Positions 24,488 to 31,942 of a stretch of DNA of 32,000 nt are shown piece after piece (the first letter of the stretch is position 1; the number at the start of each line of letters is the position of its first letter). The translations under genes and the position numbers were made by a program. Where the stretch lies: sequence record OM621816.1; one strand, given 5' to 3'. The notes under the pieces are model-generated. The model was given only the letters and a program-made list of their open reading frames with translations. It made no database searches and was not told the DNA's origin. Source of the DNA: Edwardsiella phage vB_EpM_ZHS.

Positions 24488-24820
24488 TCACCGCTTCAGG
24501 TCGATGTGGTGGTAGACGTGAAGAATCAGGCCACGCATAGGTTCGATGGTGGTGATGTAGCTGAGCCCTTTGCTGAGCCCGTCTGCGTCTTCTGACGCCG
24601 GAACATCGCGCCCCGTGCCAACGAAGGTAAAGACATGGCACCGCCTGGGATTCGTGAGAGGCTCAACCTCCGCCCAAAGGCTAACATAATTGCGCGCCCC
24701 TTCCTGCTGAAGACCGATATGGCGAATCTTGGCCCCCACCGGAAGATCAAGCCGACAAGCTCCGTCCGCATCTAGGTGTTCGATGGGCAGCGTGTATTTG
24801 AAGATCTTGGGCATAGTCAC
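24488..24820 (-). CDS. conserved phage-type hypothetical protein (about 110 aa)
   Basis: MPKIFKYTLPIEHLDADGACRLDLPVGAKIRHIGLQQ...VSLWAEVEP...FTFVGTGRDVP pattern; exact start uncertain. Confidence 0.65.
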   Translation of the reverse strand: MTMPKIFKYTLPIEHLDADGACRLDLPVGAKIRHIGLQQEGARNYVSLWAEVEPLTNPRRCHVFTFVGTGRDVPASEDADGLSKGLSYITTIEPMRGLILHVYHHIDLKR

Positions 24821-25656
24821 CTTTGCTGTAGTTGCTCGAAGGCCGCCACCATCGCATTCGTGGTATCGATGTCGTAGCGGCCCAGAGATTTATACAGGCG
24901 GCGAGGATTGAAGACGTCGAGATCATGCTCGGGGAGGCGCTGCTCCCTGGGAAAGAGCGGGTGGGGAAGTCGAATGAGCTGGAGGTTGCGGTCGATGATG
25001 TCGCCGTGGCTATCGCGGTATTTGCGCATCAGCGAGGCATCGCGCAGGGCCTTGACCGCGGTTTTGATGCCGACGCCCTGGATGCCCTCGATGTCGTTGT
25101 GCGTGCCCGTGAGCGCCGTGGCTTGCATGTATTCGAGTGGCGTGATGCCAAGCTCCTTGGCGAGTCGCTTGCCATTCCAAAGCTTCTCCATGCCCTCAGT
25201 GTAGAGATGGAAGTTCTCGGCGTCGAAGAGCTGGTAGAGGTCACTGTCATTCGAGGCCGCATAGATGGCCTCGAAGCGATGCTCGTAGCAACGCACGACG
25301 TGCCCTATGAGGTCGTCGCTCTCGAAGCCCTTGACGCGCCACGTGTTGATGCCGCACTCGTAGAGCGTGTCGAGGATCAGCTCCATGCTCGTCTTGTGGT
25401 TCTCGCGCAACACGGGATCCGCCTGCGTCTTGCGCCACATCTTGTAGTCGGGGTAGTCGATGCTGCGCACGTAGGGTTTGCTGTCCTCGCAGATGGCCAG
25501 ATGCGTCGCCCTCGTCTCGCGCATCATGGCGCCGAAAGCCATGAAGAAGCCGTAGAGGCCACCCGTGAAGGTTCGGCGGCTAGTAAGCTTTGCATTGGCG
25601 GCGCTGGCCCTGTAGCTTTGGTAGCTCAGGTCAACGCACAGCAGGATTTTTTTCAT
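24817..25656 (-). CDS. 5'-3' exonuclease (T4 RNase H / Pol I N-terminal type)
   Basis: LLCVDLSYQSYRA; GLYGFFMAF; CEDSKPYVRS; GFESDDLIGHVV; AASNDSDLYQL; TGTHNDIEGIQGVGIKTA; start MKKILLCVD. Confidence 0.87.
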   Translation of the reverse strand: MKKILLCVDLSYQSYRASAANAKLTSRRTFTGGLYGFFMAFGAMMRETRATHLAICEDSKPYVRSIDYPDYKMWRKTQADPVLRENHKTSMELILDTLYECGINTWRVKGFESDDLIGHVVRCYEHRFEAIYAASNDSDLYQLFDAENFHLYTEGMEKLWNGKRLAKELGITPLEYMQATALTGTHNDIEGIQGVGIKTAVKALRDASLMRKYRDSHGDIIDRNLQLIRLPHPLFPREQRLPEHDLDVFNPRRLYKSLGRYDIDTTNAMVAAFEQLQQR

Positions 25657-25994
25657 GCTTTCTCTTTCTTGGGGAGGCGGAGGATCTCTCGCCGTGTGTT
25701 GCGCAAGCCTGGAAGAGGTAGCAAGTGGTGGGGCAGAAGACCAATGAGGGCCTGTTCGCCCCATGTGGCGAAGAACTGCCTGGCTGCTTCTTCCGAGCTG
25801 CGTGCCCAGCACTGCGGCTGCTTGGTTTCTGCAGAGATTGCCCAGCAGATGGGGCGCGTGGCATCACGATAGAAGCAATTAAGCACGCCCCTGCGATTCA
25901 GCCCCGTATGAGTCACAGTGACGAGGGCTCCAATGTTCACTTCAAAGCCTCGGCACTCACCGATGACCACGCAAACAGTCCCTGGGGCAATCAT
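25653..25994 (-). CDS. hypothetical protein (113 aa), member of a local paralog pair
   Basis: PGTVCVVIGECRGFEVNIGALVTVTHTG...DATRPICW; ATGA-type overlap with exonuclease start. Confidence 0.7.
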   Translation of the reverse strand: MIAPGTVCVVIGECRGFEVNIGALVTVTHTGLNRRGVLNCFYRDATRPICWAISAETKQPQCWARSSEEAARQFFATWGEQALIGLLPHHLLPLPGLRNTRREILRLPKKEKA

Positions 25995-26239
25995 TGCTGG
26001 GACTCCAGCATCTTTTCGACCTCGGCGGCAAGCACTCGCATGCTCCGATTAGCCTTGTTGCCGAAGGGCCGGTAGATGGAATCCCCGGTTGAGATGGGCT
26101 TGTCGGACTTCTCGCAGCGCGCGTGCTTGCGGGCCTTGCCATGCACCCAGAGCTGCCGCGTAAAGGTTTCCCCGAAGTAGCTGCACTCGACTTCGAGCAG
26201 CTCCTCGGTGACGCGCCGCGCGGAAATGATGCCGCTCAT
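25991..26239 (-). CDS. hypothetical protein (82 aa)
   Basis: internal start MSGIISARRVTEELLEVECSYFGETFTRQLWVHGKARKHARCEKSDKPISTGDSIYRP...; ATGA overlap. Confidence 0.6.
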   Translation of the reverse strand: MSGIISARRVTEELLEVECSYFGETFTRQLWVHGKARKHARCEKSDKPISTGDSIYRPFGNKANRSMRVLAAEVEKMLESQQ

Positions 26240-26658
26240 GGCTGGACGGGGCGCTGCGTGCAGCGGCAGTTCCATGCGCGGGCAAAACCTGGGAGGCTCT
26301 TCAACTCTTCCTTTTCGTGGAGAAGCGGGGTCTCGCGCCAAAGATCGCAGCCGGTCTCGTCGCCTTTGACAGGGAGCAGCCACGCTGCTGGGTGCTTCGG
26401 CATCATATGCGAGGGCCACCCAGGGATGTTCTGGACATCCTGGCTGGCGCTGACGCGATGATCCATGCTGCGAAAGAACACGTGGCGGCTGATGAGAATG
26501 GGCCTACTGGCGTCTTGCCATTCCCAGCCCTCAGCACCGCAGCCACAGGCGCAACGACTGAAGCGAGTCAGCGTTACTAGGGCGCCGATGTTCTCCTCAA
26601 AGCCTCGCCCCTCGGCAACGATGATGCATACGGCTCCGGGTTCGTGCTTTCCGGACAT
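26236..26658 (-). CDS. hypothetical protein (140 aa), second member of the paralog pair
   Basis: MSGKHEPGAVCIIVAEGRGFEENIGALVTLTRFS...DASRPILI; TGATG overlap with queE stop. Confidence 0.65.
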   Translation of the reverse strand: MSGKHEPGAVCIIVAEGRGFEENIGALVTLTRFSRCACGCGAEGWEWQDASRPILISRHVFFRSMDHRVSASQDVQNIPGWPSHMMPKHPAAWLLPVKGDETGCDLWRETPLLHEKEELKSLPGFARAWNCRCTQRPVQP

Positions 26659-27398
26659 CACGCCACCCCGATGAGCTTGTGCATCTGCAGGCTGAGACGG
26701 TAGCCATGCTTGAGGCAAAGGTCGCGGGCCAGTTCGAGGTTGACCTTGTTGAGGGTCTCGTCATAGTCGTCGCAAGGCGAGAGCCAGATCGTGCCATAGT
26801 CCGTCGTCGGGAAGCCCCCGTGATCCCAGGGCCGGTAGATGCGGCTCTCTTTGCCTGCCGTGGCTACCTGTGTGCCGCGATTGGGCAGGCCATCCACGAG
26901 GTCGACTTCGCCGCCACGGATGATGTATTTCCATTGCCCGCACCACCGGGCCACCTCGGGGTGGACCTTGGGCGTTTTGGGGCTGCACACAAGCTGCATG
27001 CTGGCGTCGGCGATGAAGTCCTCCAGGCCTTCCTGCCAGAGGGTACCCGCGGTTTCCACCTGGATCAGCTTGGTGCCGGAGCGAATGAGCTTTTCGGCCA
27101 GCCAGCTCCAGTCTTGCCGCATGGGCTCGCCACCCGTGATGACCACGAGTTCGCGCTGCTTCACGCTGAAGTCGCGCTCGATGCGCTCCATCAGCGCCGG
27201 CACAGTTTCGGGCATATCGGCCCTGCCCTCGAATTGTGTGTCGCAGAAATGGCAAGCCAGGTTGCATCCTGCCAAGCGGATGAAGAGGGCCGGGCGTCCC
27301 GCCTGTGGGCCCTCCCCCTGGATCGTGTAGAAGATGTCCTCCACGGCGAGGTTGAGGGGATCCCGAAGAATGGGGCGGATTGGGTTTTTGCCGAACAT
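26658..27398 (-). CDS. queE: 7-carboxy-7-deazaguanine synthase, radical SAM
   Basis: IFYTIQGEGPQAGRPALFIRLAGCNLACHFCDTQFEG (CxxxCxxC), VVITGGEPMRQ, LIQVETAGTLW, VCSPKTPKVH. Confidence 0.93.
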   Translation of the reverse strand: MFGKNPIRPILRDPLNLAVEDIFYTIQGEGPQAGRPALFIRLAGCNLACHFCDTQFEGRADMPETVPALMERIERDFSVKQRELVVITGGEPMRQDWSWLAEKLIRSGTKLIQVETAGTLWQEGLEDFIADASMQLVCSPKTPKVHPEVARWCGQWKYIIRGGEVDLVDGLPNRGTQVATAGKESRIYRPWDHGGFPTTDYGTIWLSPCDDYDETLNKVNLELARDLCLKHGYRLSLQMHKLIGVA

Positions 27399-27425
27399 GG
27401 TGCTCCTTTATGACGAGTGCACCCA

Positions 27426-27431
27426 ATTATA
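27426..27431 (-). promoter_or_regulatory. putative -10 box of a minus-strand promoter upstream of queE
   Basis: minus strand AGTATAATTGG, about 30 nt before queE ATG. Confidence 0.4.
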
Positions 27432-27440
27432 CTGAGCTGT

Positions 27441-27467
27441 CGAGTCTTTATCAGAACCTTATATAAT
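27441..27467 (+). promoter_or_regulatory. putative plus-strand promoter
   Basis: CGAGTCTTTATCAGAACCTTATATAAT; shares CGAGTCTTTAT with the 29.2 and 31.9 kb elements and has TATAAT. Confidence 0.6.
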
Positions 27468-27502
27468 TTCTGTGCGTATCAACCATCTGAAAGGACGCAA
27501 TC

Positions 27503-27904
27503 ATGACCACCCGCAACACCATCACCACCAAGGCCGTGCAGCAGGCCTTCAACGTCAGCCACATGACGATCCACGCCTGGCGCAAGGGCGGCCCGAACAA
27601 GGAGCCGCTGCCCGTCGTGAGCAGCGACAGCCGCGCCGTGCTCTTCAAGCCCGCCGAAGTGAAGCGCTGGGCCAAGGCGCACAAGATCGAGATCGTGGAC
27701 CCCACGGCCCTCGTTCCCGGCGCCGAAGTCGCTACCAAGCCTGGCCCCAAGGCCAAGGCAGTCGTGAAGAAGTCGGCGCTGCGCGTGAAGCCGGCGAGCA
27801 AGCCCTCGCCGCGCAAGCTGGCGAAGCAAGTCGCACGTAGCGACCCCCGAGCCAGCTCTGTGGAGAAAGCCCAAGGCCGTGCACGCGGCCACATGGCAAT
27901 CTAA
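27503..27904 (+). CDS. helix-turn-helix DNA-binding protein (133 aa) with basic C-terminal tail
   Basis: TITTKAVQQAFNVSHMTIHAWRKGGPN...VLFKPAEVKRWAKAHKI; AAAGGA upstream. Confidence 0.75.
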   Translation: MTTRNTITTKAVQQAFNVSHMTIHAWRKGGPNKEPLPVVSSDSRAVLFKPAEVKRWAKAHKIEIVDPTALVPGAEVATKPGPKAKAVVKKSALRVKPASKPSPRKLAKQVARSDPRASSVEKAQGRARGHMAI

Positions 27905-27914
27905 GGAGAGCTTC

Positions 27915-28454
27915 GTGAAAAGCCGAGCCGTGCGACGTCCTCGCGCCGCACTTGAAGAGAATGTCAGCGATCCTCTCTGGCATCTGGCTCGGCAGCTCTT
28001 CAACTACGACGAGCACAGCGGCCAGCTCATCTGGGTCTACGACTGGAGCTGGGGTCGCTCCCACAATGAGGCCGGGACAATCAAGAAGCACGGGCGCCGC
28101 CGCTATCGCGTTGTGGGCTTCAACGGGCGCAAGTATCTAGCGCATCAGCTCATCTGGTTTTGGATCACCGCCTCTTGGGCGCCAATGGTCGATCATATCG
28201 ATGGTAACGGCCTTAATAACGCTCAACGCAACCTGAGGCAGGCCACCCCTAGGGCCAACGCCGAAAATCGCCACACGGCCTCGCGTCGCAGCCGCACTGG
28301 GCTACTAGGCATCTATCCCCACAAGAATCAATTTAGGGCCGAGATCATCGTGGCAGGCCGTAAGCACCGCCTGGGCACTTTCCCAAGTAAAGAGCAAGCC
28401 CACCAAGCTTACGTAGAAGCCAAGCGGCGGCTGCACGTGGGCTGCGCAATCTGA
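27915..28454 (+). CDS. HNH homing-type endonuclease with AP2-like C-terminus, GTG start
   Basis: RYRVVGFNGRKYLAHQLIWFWITASWAPMVDHIDGNGLNNAQRNLRQATPRANAENR and GLLGIYPHKNQFRAEIIVAGRKHRLGTFPSKEQAHQAYVEAKRRLH; AAGGAG 7 nt before GTG. Confidence 0.85.
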   Translation: MKSRAVRRPRAALEENVSDPLWHLARQLFNYDEHSGQLIWVYDWSWGRSHNEAGTIKKHGRRRYRVVGFNGRKYLAHQLIWFWITASWAPMVDHIDGNGLNNAQRNLRQATPRANAENRHTASRRSRTGLLGIYPHKNQFRAEIIVAGRKHRLGTFPSKEQAHQAYVEAKRRLHVGCAI

Positions 28455-28463
28455 AAGCAAGAA

Positions 28464-29114
28464 ATGAAGCAAGTAACCTTTAGTAGAGCCCGCAAAACAC
28501 CCGGATTGGCAGGACCAGGTGAGACCCCCTCTAAAGGGGGGATCATCTCACCTGGGCCCCACTCCGTATCCGGACCCCCAGTAAAAAAAGAAAAGGAAAC
28601 GAAGGTCGATGAGATCCTCGCCCTCGTCTCCGCACTAAGCCCGGCTGAGAGAAAGCAGCTCCTCGCCCAAGTAGCGCTCCTCGCCCAGCAAGACTCGACA
28701 TCGAAGGCCGACCGCGACCTTGAGTTGTGGTCTACTAGCGTTTATGAGGCCTATACGCAGGCCTTTGGCCGCAGCGGCGAGGCAGGGCAAGGCCCCCTCG
28801 TCTTTCGCCGCGTACTAGCCCCTGCTAATACTTGGGGGCCCGTTGCCGACTTCATGTCGGCTAGTGGGCTTGCCGCGATGAGCGTAGTAAAGCGGCAGGC
28901 CGTGTACAGGATGCTCGGCCAGCTCATCGTGCGCCGCGCCAAGAACGTGGCGGCACACAACCGGGCGCCGGTCAGCCCGAAGTTCGTGGCTAACGTGGCG
29001 CATGACGTGCGCTCCATCTTTGAGGCCGAGTTCCCCGGCTACCTCGCCGCAGGCCTCGCCCATCTCGTTGCCGCCCAGCTCGGCAAGCCTTCGCCCAACG
29101 GCACGCTCCTGTAG
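28464..29114 (+). CDS. hypothetical protein (216 aa)
   Basis: MKQVTFSRARKTPGLAGPGETPSKGG... Confidence 0.65.
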   Translation: MKQVTFSRARKTPGLAGPGETPSKGGIISPGPHSVSGPPVKKEKETKVDEILALVSALSPAERKQLLAQVALLAQQDSTSKADRDLELWSTSVYEAYTQAFGRSGEAGQGPLVFRRVLAPANTWGPVADFMSASGLAAMSVVKRQAVYRMLGQLIVRRAKNVAAHNRAPVSPKFVANVAHDVRSIFEAEFPGYLAAGLAHLVAAQLGKPSPNGTLL

Positions 29115-29147
29115 GCACTGGGGCCCCACCAAGGGGCTTCCTGGGGC

Positions 29148-29172
29148 GCCAAAAATATTTTTAATTTTTGGC
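29148..29172. repeat. AT-rich inverted repeat GCCAAAAA...TTTTTGGC
   Basis: 8-bp perfect arms separated by TATTTTTAA; immediately 5' of the repeated promoter element. Confidence 0.7.
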
Positions 29173-29213
29173 AACAAAGGTGTTGCGCGAGTCTTTATAA
29201 AGTCTTTAGAATC
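29165..29213 (+). promoter_or_regulatory. 49-bp repeated promoter-like element, copy 1
   Basis: TTTTTGGCAACAAAGGTGTTGCGCGAGTCTTTATAAAGTCTTTAGAATC, identical to 31869-31917; TTGCGC-N18-TAGAAT. Confidence 0.7.
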
Positions 29214-29264
29214 GACGCATGGGTTCAGCGCTTCGCCGAAGCCGCCCAAGCAGGAGATTCCAAA

Positions 29265-29579
29265 ATGGCAACGAAGATGAGCAAGTACAGCGCCACCTTT
29301 GCAGACGGCACCACCATCACCCGCAAGACGGAGCGCTCCTACGGGGTTGCATGGCGGGCAACGTGGGCCGGGACGACCCAAGACGGGAAGCCGCTGACCA
29401 GAAGCGAAACGGGTTTTTCGATCACCGCTGACAAAGTGGCAGCCTTCCAGCCCAAGACGCGCCATATTTGCCAAAGCATGAGCAGCGCCGAGCGCGCCAA
29501 GCGCCGCGCCGAAAATGCCGCCTATCTCGCCCAAGTCGGCTACAAGGTAGAGATCGTCCCGACCGTCTTGGTCTCTTGA
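29265..29579 (+). CDS. hypothetical protein (104 aa)
   Basis: MATKMSKYSATFADGTTITRKTERSYGVAWRATWAG...; AGGAG upstream; follows promoter element copy 1. Confidence 0.7.
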   Translation: MATKMSKYSATFADGTTITRKTERSYGVAWRATWAGTTQDGKPLTRSETGFSITADKVAAFQPKTRHICQSMSSAERAKRRAENAAYLAQVGYKVEIVPTVLVS

Positions 29580-29593
29580 GAGCATCGACCATA

Positions 29594-29610
29594 GCCCTCG
29601 CGCCGAGGGC
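29594..29610. other. perfect 7-bp-stem hairpin without U-run
   Basis: GCCCTCG-CGC-CGAGGGC in the gap between the 104-aa gene and the ParB-like gene. Confidence 0.5.
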
Positions 29611-29662
29611 CTTGGCCGGAGCTTTCCGGGAATCTTCAATCAATTTTCTAGGAGCTACCAAC

Positions 29663-30685
29663 ATGAATGCAAAGACCATTGCCCCCCTCGCTGCTGCCAC
29701 CGCTGAGCGCCTGAGCGCCGAATCCGCCGCCGAAGCTGTCCAGGCTCCGGCCCGCAAGGAAGCCGCAGGCATCGTGAAGCGCAGCTCGGCCTTCTTCGCC
29801 GACCCCCGCACCATTGGCCGCAAGCTCAAGGCCGACGGCTCGCGCTTCAACAAGCGGATCGACTTCGGCGATGTCGAGCAGCTCTCCGCCAGCATCGAAG
29901 CCAATGGCCTGCTCATGCCGCTGCGCGTGAAGCGCATCAGCGCCACGGCCGACCAGCCCTATCACTTCGAGCTGATCGACGGCGAGCGCCGCCTCACGGC
30001 CATCGAGCTGCTCATCAAGCGCAAGCCCAGCTTCTTCGGTGAGGAAGGCGTGCCGATCACGATCGTCGACAAGAACCAGAGCGATCTCAAGAGCCTCATT
30101 CAGCAGTACGTGGCGAACGACCACAAGAATTTCACGCCCATCGAGGAAGCCATGGCCTTCCAGGAAATGCGCGACGCCGGCATGAGCGTGAAGCAGATCT
30201 GCGCCGAAGTGGGCCGCGCCCACATGCACGTCACGGAGATCCTCGCCCTCCTGAAGGGCGACGAGAGCCTCGTGAAGGCCGCCAAGGATGGCGCCATCGG
30301 CAAGACGATGGCAAAGACCCTAGCGCGCTTCGGCAAGGACAAGAAGAAGCAGGCCGAGCTTACCAAGGCCGCCGTGGAAGCCGGCAAGGACAAGGGCAAG
30401 CTGAATGCCGTCAAGAAGGCTATTCAGGATGCCCGCGTCGAGAAGGCCGAGAAGAAGGGCCGCACGCTCAAGATCCGCGCCCTCAGCGACGAGCAGCTTA
30501 GCGCCCTCGGCAAGAAGCTGGCGGAAGGCATGGCGCAGCGCCTCAAGGACGCCGGCAAGCCGCTGGAGTTCGATATGGCGGCCTGGATTGCCAAGGATGA
30601 AAGCCTCGCCCTGGCGGCCAGCTTCGGCGCTCTTCAGGCCCTCAAGGCTGCGGCGGGCATGAAGTCCATCAAGCTCGAGTTCTGA
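29663..30685 (+). CDS. ParB/Srx-superfamily-like protein (340 aa)
   Basis: QLSASIEANGLLMPLRVKRI...YHFELIDGERRLTAIELL; FTPIEEAMAFQEMRDAGMSVKQICAEVGRAHMHVTEILALLK; start MNAKTIAPL preceded by AGGAG. Confidence 0.83.
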   Translation: MNAKTIAPLAAATAERLSAESAAEAVQAPARKEAAGIVKRSSAFFADPRTIGRKLKADGSRFNKRIDFGDVEQLSASIEANGLLMPLRVKRISATADQPYHFELIDGERRLTAIELLIKRKPSFFGEEGVPITIVDKNQSDLKSLIQQYVANDHKNFTPIEEAMAFQEMRDAGMSVKQICAEVGRAHMHVTEILALLKGDESLVKAAKDGAIGKTMAKTLARFGKDKKKQAELTKAAVEAGKDKGKLNAVKKAIQDARVEKAEKKGRTLKIRALSDEQLSALGKKLAEGMAQRLKDAGKPLEFDMAAWIAKDESLALAASFGALQALKAAAGMKSIKLEF

Positions 30686-30687
30686 GC

Positions 30688-30987
30688 ATGAGCGATAAAC
30701 AGGCACCGGCAGTTCGGTGCCCAATCACAGCGGCCCGACTCTCTTGGCTCAAGTATCTTGCCAAGTACGGGGAGACCCCTTGGGGTCGCATGCCAAAGAA
30801 CATCAGCAATGGCGCGGCACGCCATATGACCAGCAAGACCTGGCTTCCAATGGTGGATGCTGGGCTCATCACGGCGCGTTACGGGCAGCGCCACTACAGC
30901 GAGCTGCCTGATAAGCTTTTCACTATCACTGAGGCGGGCCTTGCGGTCGTCTCCCAGCAGCAGAAAGAATGCCATGACAAAACCTGA
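30688..30987 (+). CDS. hypothetical protein (99 aa), possibly winged-helix-like
   Basis: SWLKYLAKYGETPWGRMPKNISNGAARHMTSKTWLPMVDAGLITARYGQRHYSELPDKLFTITEAGLAVV. Confidence 0.6.
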   Translation: MSDKQAPAVRCPITAARLSWLKYLAKYGETPWGRMPKNISNGAARHMTSKTWLPMVDAGLITARYGQRHYSELPDKLFTITEAGLAVVSQQQKECHDKT

Positions 30988-31396
30988 CTCCCTCGTTATC
31001 TTGGCGCATCCCAAGCCGATGCGCCGCCACACCAAGCACGTCGTTCCCGCCGAGTTTGAATACACCATCCGCCTGCCGGGAGCCGGTGGCCCCTCGCCTG
31101 GCTTGCACCTGGAGCTGAAGTTCGACGACGGCGCCACGCAGCGCATCATCTTCCCACTGGGCCCCAGCCTGGAGAAGTTGGTGCAGGGCTCGCGCATGGC
31201 TTCTACTCTTCAGAAAGCAGCTGAGAGTCAGGAGTTTGGCATCAGCCCCACTCATGCTCGTAGGCTCGCCGCTGACCTTTGCTATTTCGCAAAGGTGGCT
31301 GAGAACGATAAATCAGACCAGCACGTCCGCCTGGGCACAGACGAGGAAGATAAAAGCCTCTTTTACCTAGTCATCCAACCCGAAAGCAAAGAATGA
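30974..31396 (+). CDS. hypothetical protein (140 aa)
   Basis: MTKPDSLVILAHPKPMRRHTKHVVPAEFEYTIRLPG...; short overlap with upstream ORF. Confidence 0.65.
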   Translation: MTKPDSLVILAHPKPMRRHTKHVVPAEFEYTIRLPGAGGPSPGLHLELKFDDGATQRIIFPLGPSLEKLVQGSRMASTLQKAAESQEFGISPTHARRLAADLCYFAKVAENDKSDQHVRLGTDEEDKSLFYLVIQPESKE

Positions 31397-31821
31397 ACTT
31401 CCATTACTTCCACACGGCGCGCGGCGCCATCGCCATCCGCAGTTACGGGCCGCCACGGGCTCCCAGGCGCACGCTGCGCTTCGTCATCCTCCTGGGCGTC
31501 GTGGCGCTCTTGCTGGCCTTCTTGCCCAAGGCAGCCAGCGCCCAGGACGTGCAATACGATGCCCAGCTCGCGAAGGATCGCATGGTGCTGATCCAGCTCA
31601 TCTACCGCACGAGCGACTGCATGCACACGGCGACCAAGGCTGGGCTGGCTGCTGGCATGACGCGGCGCGATCACCTGGAGAGCTTCGCAGCCTCGTCATG
31701 CGGCCCAGGCATTCGCGACTTCCTCGTGAGCCGCGTGGGCATGAGCCTTCGTGATGCTGAACGTAGCGTTAATGCCATGGCGGCGGACGCCGTGAAGGAC
31801 GTGCTGAGCTGGGGCCGCTAG
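31393..31821 (+). CDS. membrane or exported hypothetical protein (142 aa)
   Basis: hydrophobic segment LRFVILLGVVALLLAFLPKAASA|QDVQ; ATGA overlap with upstream gene. Confidence 0.7.
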   Translation: MNFHYFHTARGAIAIRSYGPPRAPRRTLRFVILLGVVALLLAFLPKAASAQDVQYDAQLAKDRMVLIQLIYRTSDCMHTATKAGLAAGMTRRDHLESFAASSCGPGIRDFLVSRVGMSLRDAERSVNAMAADAVKDVLSWGR

Positions 31822-31839
31822 TAGCCACCGCTCACAAGG

Positions 31840-31860
31840 GCCCGCTTAGGCGGGCTTTTT
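31840..31860 (+). terminator. rho-independent terminator
   Basis: GCCCGC-TTAG-GCGGGC followed by TTTTT, 18 nt after the stop of the 142-aa gene. Confidence 0.85.
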
Positions 31861-31868
31861 CTTTTCTA

Positions 31869-31917
31869 TTTTTGGCAACAAAGGTGTTGCGCGAGTCTTT
31901 ATAAAGTCTTTAGAATC
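31869..31917 (+). promoter_or_regulatory. 49-bp repeated promoter-like element, copy 2
   Basis: identical to 29165-29213; sits between a terminator and the next start codon at 31943. Confidence 0.72.
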
Positions 31918-31942
31918 TGGGCATCGCAACAAGGAGCCCGGC

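Noticed and set aside
29594-29610. Rho-independent terminator interpretation of GCCCTCG-CGC-CGAGGGC
   Set aside because: Stem is perfect but is followed by CTTGGCC rather than a T-run, so I list it only as a hairpin.
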